Positions 16,423 through 24,000 of a DNA stretch of 24,000 nt are shown here, one piece after another. The notes beneath the pieces were generated by a model. That model searched no databases, was not told the origin of the DNA, and saw nothing but the letters and a program-made list of their open reading frames with translations. The stretch spans positions 31,725 to 55,724 of the forward strand of contig VHDL01000013.1 of NCBI GenBank assembly GCA_016871415.1. Direction: 5' to 3'. Origin of the DNA: Verrucomicrobiota bacterium (lineage in GTDB: Bacteria; Verrucomicrobiota; Verrucomicrobiia; Opitutales; UBA953). A program made the position numbers and the translations under genes. Numbering within the stretch: the first letter of the stretch is position 1; the number at the start of each line of letters is the position of its first letter.

Positions 16423-18177
16423 ATGGATACACACGCTGCGAAGCCCCTGACCAAGAACGAACTCCTCAAGGCGGACAAACCGGACCTTTCCGGCACGATC
16501 CGGGAGACTTTGGCCAACCCCGCCGCCGACCGTTTCAGTGGCGACGACGAGCAGTTCATCAAGTTCCACGGCATCTACCAGCAGGATGACCGTGACAAGC
16601 GCAAGACGGGCAAGGTCTTCTCGGTCATGGTGCGTACGCGGCAGACGGGCGGCATCGTCCCCGCGGCCCAATACCTGGTGTATGACGACCTTTCCGGTCG
16701 GTTCGCCAACGGCACGCTGCGCATCACGTCCCGCCAGACTTTCCAGTTCCACGGCGTGGTGCAGCAGGGAATCGGTCCGCTCATCAAGTCGATCAACGAC
16801 GCCCTCTCCTCCACGCTGGCGACCTGCGGCGACGTAAACCGCAACGTCACGGCTCCCTCGAATCCCCCGGTCGACGCCGTCACGCTGGCGGTCGAGGACG
16901 ACGCGTTCACGCTCACCAAGGCGCTCCTGCCCCGCACGACGGCCTACCACTCAATCTGGGTGGACGGCGTGCAGGTGGACCTCGGGCTCGGCGACAAGAT
17001 CGCCAAGGCTCGTGCCGTGGTCGACCAGGCCAACCCTTACCTGCCTCCGCCCGCGGACCTCGATGACAGCGGGGCCCCGGTGGATGCGCTGTACGGCAAG
17101 ACCTACCTGCCCCGCAAGTTCAAGACCGGCTTCGCCATCCCGCCGAACAACGACGTGGACATCTTCACCAACGACATGGGCTTCGTCGCCATCGTCGAGG
17201 ACGGCAAGCTGGTCGGCTACGACCTGCTCGTCGGCGGCGGACTCGGCACCTCGCACGGCAACAAGGCCACCTACCCGCGCCTGGCCGACATAATCGGCTT
17301 CCTCACCCGTGACCAGGTGGTCAAGGTCGGCGAGGCCGTCATCAAGATCCATCGCGACTGGGGCGACCGCACGGACCGCAAGCACGCACGCATCAAGTAC
17401 GTGCTGCAGGAGAAGGGGGTCGAATGGTTCAGGGCCGAGCTCGCCAAGCACCTCGGCGCGCCGCTTCCCGCCGCCAAGCCTTTCTTCTTCAAGGGCCAGG
17501 GCGACGCGTTCGGCTGGACCAAGCAGGCCGACGGCAAGTGGTTCCTCGGACTCTTCGTCGAGACGGGCCGCGTCAAGGACGCCGGCGACTACCGCCTCAA
17601 GTCGGCCCTCCGCGTGATCGCCGAAAAGTTCGCGCCCACGTTCCGACTCACGGCCACGCAGAATTTGATTCTCTCCGACGTCAAGGACTCCGACAAGGCC
17701 GCGCTGGAACAGACCCTCCGCGACCACGGCTGCGCCCTGGTCTTCAATCCCGGACTCATCAAGGGACGCGGCATGGCCTGCCCCGCCCTGCCCACCTGCG
17801 GACTCTCCCTCGCGGAGTCGGAACGCGTCTTCCCGGCCCTGCTCGACCGCATCGAACAGGCTCAGTCCGTCGCTGGCTTCGGTGGCGAAGAGCTCGTCGT
17901 GCGCATGACGGGCTGCCCCAACGGATGCGCCCGCCCCTACAACGCCGAAATCGGTTTCGTGGGCAAGGCGCCCGGCAAATACAACCTAATGCTCGGCGGC
18001 AACCGCGAAGGCACGCGTCTCGCGCGCCTCTACCGCGAATCGGTGGCCTACGACGAGATTCCGAACGTCCTCTCGGGACTGTTCCAGCAGTACGCCAAGG
18101 AACGCCGCGCCGGCCAAGCGTTCGGCGACTGGGCTGACGGAGCGCCGATCTGGCCCGCCGCGGCGCCCCAGGCCTGA
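16423..18177 (+). CDS. cysI: Assimilatory sulfite reductase hemoprotein (CysI-type nitrite/sulfite reductase)
   Basis: TLRITSRQTFQFHGVVQQGI, YLPRKFKTGFAIPPNNDVDIFTNDMGFVAI, CPALPTCGLSLAESERVFP, VVRMTGCPNGCARPYNAEIGFVGKAPGKYNLMLGGNREGTRL. Confidence 0.93.
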   Translation: MDTHAAKPLTKNELLKADKPDLSGTIRETLANPAADRFSGDDEQFIKFHGIYQQDDRDKRKTGKVFSVMVRTRQTGGIVPAAQYLVYDDLSGRFANGTLRITSRQTFQFHGVVQQGIGPLIKSINDALSSTLATCGDVNRNVTAPSNPPVDAVTLAVEDDAFTLTKALLPRTTAYHSIWVDGVQVDLGLGDKIAKARAVVDQANPYLPPPADLDDSGAPVDALYGKTYLPRKFKTGFAIPPNNDVDIFTNDMGFVAIVEDGKLVGYDLLVGGGLGTSHGNKATYPRLADIIGFLTRDQVVKVGEAVIKIHRDWGDRTDRKHARIKYVLQEKGVEWFRAELAKHLGAPLPAAKPFFFKGQGDAFGWTKQADGKWFLGLFVETGRVKDAGDYRLKSALRVIAEKFAPTFRLTATQNLILSDVKDSDKAALEQTLRDHGCALVFNPGLIKGRGMACPALPTCGLSLAESERVFPALLDRIEQAQSVAGFGGEELVVRMTGCPNGCARPYNAEIGFVGKAPGKYNLMLGGNREGTRLARLYRESVAYDEIPNVLSGLFQQYAKERRAGQAFGDWADGAPIWPAAAPQA

Positions 18178-18187
18178 TTCACCCAGA

Positions 18188-18898
18188 ATGGCCCTGCCCG
18201 ACCCATCGCAGCTCACGGAGATTGACGGACGCCTCAGTGGGCTGTCCGCCGAAGACCGTCTGCGCTGGGCCCATCAGACCTTCGGCGACCGCGCCGGCAT
18301 CGGCACGAGCTTCCAGCCCGCGGGCGTGGTCATCCTCCATCTGGCCAGGACGGCCGGTCTGCCCATCAAGGCCTTCACGCTGAACACCGGCCTGCTCTTC
18401 CCCGAGACAATCGCCTTCAAGGCCGAAATCGAGCGGATCCTCGGTATCAAGGTCGACGATGTGGAGCCGGAGCAGACCGTAGAGCAGCAGGCCACCGCCC
18501 ACGGCCCCGAGCTCTGGAAGCGCGATCCCGAGAAATGCTGCGAACTGCGCAAGGTCCAGCCCCTCGGCCGCCGGCTGTTCGACCTCGACCTCTGGATCTC
18601 CGGACTGCGTCGCGACCAGAGCGCCGAGCGCGCCTCCACGCCCCTGCTCAGCCTAGCGTCCCGTCCCGACGGCTCCGACGTCTGGAAGCTCAACCCCCTC
18701 GTCGACTGGGGCAAGGAACGCGTACGCGAATACCTCGCCGCCCACGGCCTGCCCCACAACCCGCTCATCGACCGCGGGTACCAATCCATCGGCTGCGCTC
18801 CCTGCACCGCACCCTCCTCCGGCGGCGACGAACGCGGCGGCCGCTGGCCTGGCTTCGACAAGCGCGAGTGCGGCCTCCACACCCGCGCCAAGAAGTAA
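18188..18898 (+). CDS. cysH: Phosphoadenylyl-/adenylyl-sulfate reductase with Fe-S type cysteine pattern
   Basis: GTSFQPAGVVILHLARTAGLPIKAFTLNTGLLFPETIAF, KCCELRKVQPLGRRL, WISGLRRDQSAERA, WKLNPLVDWGKERVREYL, NPLIDRGYQSIGCAPCTAP...KRECGLH. Confidence 0.94.
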   Translation: MALPDPSQLTEIDGRLSGLSAEDRLRWAHQTFGDRAGIGTSFQPAGVVILHLARTAGLPIKAFTLNTGLLFPETIAFKAEIERILGIKVDDVEPEQTVEQQATAHGPELWKRDPEKCCELRKVQPLGRRLFDLDLWISGLRRDQSAERASTPLLSLASRPDGSDVWKLNPLVDWGKERVREYLAAHGLPHNPLIDRGYQSIGCAPCTAPSSGGDERGGRWPGFDKRECGLHTRAKK

Positions 18899-18905
18899 CC
18901 CTCTT

Positions 18906-18951
<46 letters not shown>

Positions 18952-18959
18952 TACACCCA

Positions 18960-19781
18960 ATGTCCCGCACCGCACAAAACGACCACCTGACCCGCCTCGA
19001 GCAGACCTCGATGCACATCTTCCGCGAAGCCTTCGCCAACTTCCGCTCGTTGTGCATGCCGTGGTCGATGGGCAAGGACTCCAACGTCCTCATCTGGCTC
19101 GCCCGCAAGGCCTTCTGCGGCAAGATCCCCTTCCCGCTCCTGCACATCGACACGACCTACGAATTCCCGGAGATGTATGAGTTCCGGGAGAAGGCCAGGG
19201 CGATCCACGGCATCGACCTCATCGTGCGCATCAATGAGGACGCCATCCGCCGGGGCGTCGGCTACGCCACCCACGACCCGGTCACGGTCACGCACGAGCT
19301 CAAGACCGTCGCGCTCAAGCAGGCCCTGGCCGAATACAAGTGGGACGCGCTGGTGACCGGCATCCGCCGCGACGAGGACCCCACCCGCGCCAAGGAGCGC
19401 TGGTTCTCCCCCCGCACGGCCGACAGCACCTGGGACTACAAGGACCAGCCCCCCGAATTCTGGGGCCAGTTCGCCAGCGTCGCCCCCGAGGGCGGCCACA
19501 TCCGCGTGCAACCCCTGCTCGAGTGGACCGAACTGGACATCTGGGAGTACATCCGCCGCGAGAACATCCCGAATCCCACCCTCTACTTCTCCCGCAACGG
19601 CAAGCGCTTCCGCTCCCTCGGCTGCCACCCAATCACGCATCCCGTGGAAAGCCCGGCCAGCAACATCGACGAGGTCATCGAGGAGCTGCGCCGCACCAAG
19701 GTGAGCGAACGCGCGGGCCGCGCCCAGGACCACGTCGGACGCAACTCCATGCAGGAGCTGCGCGCCAAGGGCTTCATGTGA
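18960..19781 (+). CDS. cysD: Sulfate adenylyltransferase subunit 2
   Basis: [93 protein letters not shown]. Confidence 0.96.
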   Translation: MSRTAQNDHLTRLEQTSMHIFREAFANFRSLCMPWSMGKDSNVLIWLARKAFCGKIPFPLLHIDTTYEFPEMYEFREKARAIHGIDLIVRINEDAIRRGVGYATHDPVTVTHELKTVALKQALAEYKWDALVTGIRRDEDPTRAKERWFSPRTADSTWDYKDQPPEFWGQFASVAPEGGHIRVQPLLEWTELDIWEYIRRENIPNPTLYFSRNGKRFRSLGCHPITHPVESPASNIDEVIEELRRTKVSERAGRAQDHVGRNSMQELRAKGFM

Positions 19782-19792
19782 TTTCCGAAACC

Positions 19793-21682
19793 ATGTCCAC
19801 CTCCCCTTCCACCCTCCCCGCCGCCCCCGTGTCAGAGCAGACCGAGGACCATCGCAGGATGCACGTGGTCGTCGTCGGTCACGTCGACCACGGCAAGTCC
19901 ACCTTCGTCGGGCGGCTCCTGAACGACACCGACTCGCTGCCCAACGGCAAGATGGATCAGGTCCGACGCAACTGCGCCGCCGAAGGCATGGAGTTCGAAT
20001 ACGCCTTCCTGCTCGACGCCCTCATCGAGGAGCAGGAGCAGAATATCACCATCGACACCACGCGCATCTTCTTCCGCACCAAGAAGCGCGCCTACGCAAT
20101 CATCGACGCCCCGGGCCACAAAGAGTTCCTCAAGAACATGGTCACCGGAGCCGCCTCGGCCTCGGCTGCCCTGCTGCTCATTGACGCCCATGAGGGCGTG
20201 ATGGACCAGTCCCGACGACACGCGTTCCTGCTCTCCCTGCTGGGAGTCCGTCAGCTGGTCGTGCTGGTGAACAAGATGGACCTGGTGGATCAGTCGGAGG
20301 AGACCTATCGACGTATCGTCGCTGAATACTCCGCCTTCCTGAAGTCGCTCGGTCTACAGGCCGCCCACTTCATCCCGATCGCCGCTAAGCACGGCGAGAA
20401 CGTGGTCGAACGCTCGGCCAAGATGGCCTGGTGGCGCGGCCCGACGGTCACGGAGGCGCTGGACACCTTCACGCACGAGGACGACCTCACGTGCCTCCCG
20501 CTCCGCCTGCCCGTCTCCGACATCTACCGGTTCGACCACCGTCGCATCGTCGCCGGACGCGTCGAGGCCGGAGCAATCCGTCCCGGCGAGGAGCTGGTCT
20601 TCCAGCCCGGCGGACGACGCAGCGTGGCCAAGACCTTCGAGGACTGGCCCGGCCCCTCCCGAGACGTGGTCGGCACGGGCGGCTCCGCCAGCGTGACCTT
20701 GACCGAACAGATCTTCGTTGAACGCGGCCAGATCGCCTCGCACGCCACGTCTCAGCCCCGCGTCGGACGTGAGTTCCGCGCCCGCGTCTTCTGGCTGGGC
20801 AAGGAACCCCTGGTGCCCTCCAAGACCTACCGTCTGCGACTACTGACCCAGAACGTCGAGGCGGTCGTGGCGAAGATCGAGAAGGTCACCGACGCCTCAA
20901 CGCTCGCCTCCGTGCCGTCCGATTCAGTGCCGCGCGACTCCATCTGCGAGATCATCGTCCGCGCCACGCGACCCATCGCCTTCGACCTGCATCACGAGTG
21001 CCCGGTGACGGGCCGCTTCGCCCTGGAGGAGGGCGGACGCATCCACGGAGGCGGCATCATCCTCGAAGCCCGCTCCGAAGGCGGCAAGGGCTCCGGCAAG
21101 GTCACCGCGGCCGAACGGACCGCACGAGCCGGACACCCGCCCGCGGTGGTCTGGTTTACGGGCCTGTCGGGCTCGGGTAAGTCGACCGTCGCCGAACTGG
21201 TCGAACGACGCCTCTTCGACGCGGGACGCAACGTCATCCGGGTCGACGGTGACGACCTGCGCGCCGGACTGAACCGCGACCTCGGATTCTCCGCCGCCGA
21301 CCGTGCCGAAAGCGTACGTCGCGCCGCCGCCGTCGCGGGACTGCACGCCAACGCCGGCCAAATCGCGCTGGTCACGCTCATCGCCCCGCTGGCCGCCGAC
21401 CGCGCCAAGGCACGGGCCGCCCTCGCCAACCACCCCTTCATCGAGGTCTTCGTCGACGCCCCGCTGGAAGTCTGCGAAAGGCGCGACGTGAAGGGACTCT
21501 ATGCGAAGGCCCGCAAGGGCGAGATTGCCGAGTTCACCGGCATCTCATCACCCTACGAGACGCCCGAATCTCCCGAAGTCCACGTCCGCACCGATCGCAA
21601 CACGACCGAACAGGCCGCGGACCAGGTCCTGCAGGCCATCGACCGCATCCTCGCCGGCAAGGGCGAAGACTGGGAAGTGTGA
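19793..21682 (+). CDS. cysNC: Bifunctional sulfate adenylyltransferase subunit 1 / adenylylsulfate kinase (CysN-CysC fusion, NodQ-like)
   Basis: GTPase part [18 protein letters not shown]...DTTRIFF...[20 protein letters not shown]...LVNKMDLV; C-terminal kinase part [57 protein letters not shown]...[18 protein letters not shown]. Confidence 0.95.
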   Translation: MSTSPSTLPAAPVSEQTEDHRRMHVVVVGHVDHGKSTFVGRLLNDTDSLPNGKMDQVRRNCAAEGMEFEYAFLLDALIEEQEQNITIDTTRIFFRTKKRAYAIIDAPGHKEFLKNMVTGAASASAALLLIDAHEGVMDQSRRHAFLLSLLGVRQLVVLVNKMDLVDQSEETYRRIVAEYSAFLKSLGLQAAHFIPIAAKHGENVVERSAKMAWWRGPTVTEALDTFTHEDDLTCLPLRLPVSDIYRFDHRRIVAGRVEAGAIRPGEELVFQPGGRRSVAKTFEDWPGPSRDVVGTGGSASVTLTEQIFVERGQIASHATSQPRVGREFRARVFWLGKEPLVPSKTYRLRLLTQNVEAVVAKIEKVTDASTLASVPSDSVPRDSICEIIVRATRPIAFDLHHECPVTGRFALEEGGRIHGGGIILEARSEGGKGSGKVTAAERTARAGHPPAVVWFTGLSGSGKSTVAELVERRLFDAGRNVIRVDGDDLRAGLNRDLGFSAADRAESVRRAAAVAGLHANAGQIALVTLIAPLAADRAKARAALANHPFIEVFVDAPLEVCERRDVKGLYAKARKGEIAEFTGISSPYETPESPEVHVRTDRNTTEQAADQVLQAIDRILAGKGEDWEV

Positions 21683-21713
21683 GCGTAGCGTAGCTTCGCA
21701 GGGCTAGAGACAG

Positions 21714-21746
21714 GGCTGAAGCTAGGAAACTAGTCCCAGCCTTTTT
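21714..21746 (+). terminator. Rho-independent terminator candidate downstream of cysNC
   Basis: GGCTG-AAG-CTAG-GAAA-CTAG-TCC-CAGCC followed by TTTTT; two short helices around an internal loop, 31 nt after the cysNC stop. Confidence 0.65.
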
Positions 21747-21843
21747 GCTTATTCCCACCCCTATCCGATAGCTAACCCTAGCCATGGCTCTATCCCTAGG
21801 TGCCCCCTTGCCCACGTGCCCGCTTGTCCCCTAAATGGGACCC

Positions 21844-23316
21844 ATGCGCCTCACCCCTGCCGCCCTCCTGATCTTCAGCTGCCTGACCGCCTTGGCGGCC
21901 CCCCGCAAGAACGTCCTGCTCCTCGTGTCGGACGACTGCGGCGCCCGCATGGGCACCTACGGCGGCCCGGCGCTGACGCCGAACATCGACGCGCTCGCCC
22001 GCACCGGCGTCCGCTTCGACCGCGCCTACTGCCAATACGCTCTCTGCAATCCGAGTCGTACCTCCTTCCTGACGGGACTCCGTCCGGACACCACCGGGGT
22101 CTACGACAACGCGAAGGAATTCCGAAAGGTGATCCCTGACATGGTGACCATGCCTCAGCTCTTCAAGAACAACGGATACTCGGTCGCCCGCATCGGCAAG
22201 CTTTACCATTACGGCGTGCCCAAGGAGATCGGCACCGACGGCCTCGACGACCCACAGTCCTGGGAGAAGGTCTGGAACCCCCGCGGCCGCGACTGCGACG
22301 ACGAAGACAAGATCTTCTCGATCGGCGTCGGTGCCGGCAGTTCCGCCGACAAAGCCAAGGGCAACATGGGGCAGATCCTCGTCGGGTCGGGCAACTACGG
22401 CGGGACGCTGAGCTGGCTCGCGGCCGACGGCACCGACGCCGAGCAGACCGACGGCAAGATCGCCGCGCAGGCCATCAGTTTCCTCCAACAGAAGCGGTCC
22501 CAGCCCTTCTTCCTGGCGGTCGGCTTCTTCCGCCCCCACACGCCCTACGTGGCTCCCAAATCCTATTTCCGGAACTACCCCAAGGATAAGGTCGAGCTCG
22601 TCCCCGACCCCTCCGCGGACCGCGCCTCGAAACCGCAGGTCGCCTTGTCCAATACGGCCGTGGCCAACTACGGCATGACCGAAGACACGCAACGCACGGC
22701 CAAGCAGGCCTACCTCGCCTCGATGACCTTCATGGACACACAGTTCGGCCTGGTGCTCGCCGAACTGAAGAGGCAGGGGCTCGACCAGAACACGGTCGTC
22801 GTCTTCATCAGCGACCACGGCTACAACCTCGGCGAACACGGACTCTGGCAGAAACGCTCCCTCTACGAGGACTCCGCCCGCGTGCCGCTCATCATCCGCG
22901 ATCCGGGCAATCCCGCCAACGGGCACTCGACGAAGCGCGTGGCCGAACTCGTCGACCTCTACCCGACCGTCGCCGATCTGTGCGACCTGACCCCCGACAA
23001 ACGCGCCCAAGGCAAGAGCCTGCGTCCGCTGCTCGCCAACCCTGAATCGGTGTGGAGTCACGCCGCGTACACCCAGGTCGACTTCGGCGCCATCAACGCC
23101 GGCGGCAAGAAGAAGGCCGCCACGCCGGAACGCAAGGTCGGCCGCTCGGTCCGGACCGAACGCTACCGTTATACGGAATGGAACGAAGGTCGACTCGGCG
23201 TGGAACTTTACGATCACGACGCTGACCCGAAGGAACTGAAGAACCTAGCCGCCGATCCCGCCTACGCTTCCATCGTCTCGTCGCTCAAGGCCACCCTCGC
23301 GAAGGGGACGAACTAA
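21844..23316 (+). CDS. Secreted sulfatase, iduronate-2-sulfatase-like
   Basis: MRLTPAALLIFSCLTALA signal, KNVLLLVSDDCGARMGTYGGPALTPNIDALARTGVRFDRAYCQYALCNPSRTSFLTGLRPDTTGVYDN with C-x-P-S-R formylglycine motif (Cys at 22045-22047), FLAVGFFRPHTPYVAPKSYF, VVFISDHGYNLGEHGLWQKRSLYEDSARVPLII. ORF also permits ATG at 21835. Confidence 0.93.
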   Translation: MRLTPAALLIFSCLTALAAPRKNVLLLVSDDCGARMGTYGGPALTPNIDALARTGVRFDRAYCQYALCNPSRTSFLTGLRPDTTGVYDNAKEFRKVIPDMVTMPQLFKNNGYSVARIGKLYHYGVPKEIGTDGLDDPQSWEKVWNPRGRDCDDEDKIFSIGVGAGSSADKAKGNMGQILVGSGNYGGTLSWLAADGTDAEQTDGKIAAQAISFLQQKRSQPFFLAVGFFRPHTPYVAPKSYFRNYPKDKVELVPDPSADRASKPQVALSNTAVANYGMTEDTQRTAKQAYLASMTFMDTQFGLVLAELKRQGLDQNTVVVFISDHGYNLGEHGLWQKRSLYEDSARVPLIIRDPGNPANGHSTKRVAELVDLYPTVADLCDLTPDKRAQGKSLRPLLANPESVWSHAAYTQVDFGAINAGGKKKAATPERKVGRSVRTERYRYTEWNEGRLGVELYDHDADPKELKNLAADPAYASIVSSLKATLAKGTN

Positions 23317-23428
23317 AACTGATGACCGAGTGGAGGTCCGCGTTGAGGCCTGAATAGAGGACTGAATGGATCCTCATTTCTGAAAACAGATAAACCTGCA
23401 AGGGCTGACGTGCGGCGAAGACAAATAA

Positions 23429-23449
23429 GGACAGCACGTGGTGCTGCCC
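23429..23449 (-). terminator. Stem-loop with T-rich flank, possible terminator for the minus-strand oxidoreductase gene
   Basis: Minus-strand reading GGGCAGCAC-CAC-GTGCTGTCC followed by TTATTTGT; 9-bp stem with one mismatch. Confidence 0.45.
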
Positions 23450-23501
23450 CTACCTCAGTTCTCGTGCCCTCCGGCCCTCCGGCCCTCGGGTCCTCGATCT
23501 T

Positions 23502-24000
23502 TCAGCTATACTTCAGCTCGACCTTCTTGCCGGTGCGGATGGATTCGTAGATGCCTTCGACGATGACCATGTCGCGTCGACCGACTTCGCCGGTGCAGGT
23601 GACCTCGGTGCCGTCACGGAAAGCCTGGGCGACGCCGTCCATGTGGCGCTGCTGCTGACGGAAGATGCCGAAGTCCAGCCTACCCTTGGCGGAGGTCGAG
23701 ATGTTGAGGTTGCGGTAACTGAAGACGGGGCGCTCGCCCTTGAACCAGCCCTTGGCCGCCTCGGCGTGAAAGAGGCCGCGGTTGTCATTGTAGCCCGTCC
23801 AGACGTCCGCCACGGCGCCGTTGGCGAACTCCAGACGGAACTCCATGGCCTCCTCGACCTCGGTGTAGAGCTCGGGCATCGTCTTAGGCAGTTCCTTGGC
23901 GATGACCGAGACGGGATTGGCGTCAGCCGCCATGCAGCACGCCTGGATGGAATACACGCCCATGTCGAGGAGCGCGCCGCCGCCGGCCAGCTTCTTCTCA
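23502..24000 (-). CDS. Gfo/Idh/MocA-family oxidoreductase (5' truncated by window edge)
   Basis: ...EEKKLAGGGALLDMGVYSIQACCMAADANPVSVIAKELPKTMPELYTEVEEAMEFRLEFANGAVADVWTGYNDNR...GRRDMVIVEGIYESIRTGKKVELKYS*; GGGALLDMGVY is the C-terminal domain signature. Confidence 0.88.
   Translation of the reverse strand, partial: EKKLAGGGALLDMGVYSIQACCMAADANPVSVIAKELPKTMPELYTEVEEAMEFRLEFANGAVADVWTGYNDNRGLFHAEAAKGWFKGERPVFSYRNLNISTSAKGRLDFGIFRQQQRHMDGVAQAFRDGTEVTCTGEVGRRDMVIVEGIYESIRTGKKVELKYS

Noticed and set aside
19340-19792. N-terminal extension of the cysNC ORF
   Set aside because: Overlaps cysD in another frame with low-information Arg/Pro/His sequence; true start is the ATG at 19793 after the cysD stop.
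21796-23217. 473-aa minus-strand ORF
   Set aside because: Completely antisense to the sulfatase, whose plus-strand protein has convincing catalytic motifs.

Overview
This is a high-GC chromosomal window of mostly housekeeping character. The gene content (thioredoxin-like 'EGWLTDLDEA' secreted proteins, an iduronate-type sulfatase, a Gfo/Idh/MocA protein) suggests a Verrucomicrobia/Planctomycetes-like organism, but that is inference. In order I read: 3' end of a CcsA-type cytochrome c assembly gene; NusG-like factor; a YhcH/YjgK/YiaL gene interrupted by an in-frame TAA; a lower-GC GNAT acetyltransferase; alpha/beta hydrolase; pyrF; ispD; a hypothetical protein (-); menB; MnmM/YtqB-like methyltransferase; TIGR01777-type epimerase; TPR/LysM lipoprotein; recF; secG; LolA-like protein; Nif3-like protein; GluQ-RS; three tandem secreted thioredoxin-like paralogs (-) whose middle copy is broken; then an assimilatory sulfate/siroheme block (CbiX/SirB-like with membrane tail, cobA-type methyltransferase, cysI, cysH, cysD, cysNC fusion); a sulfatase; and the 3' end of a Gfo/Idh/MocA oxidoreductase (-). 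I found no CRISPR array, defense island, prophage or obvious undescribed multi-gene system. The most notable points are the two disrupted reading frames, the membrane-tailed two-domain CbiX-like protein, an APS-reductase-type CysH beside an APS-kinase fusion and a sulfatase, and a hexanucleotide repeat found at two intergenic sites about 18 kb apart.
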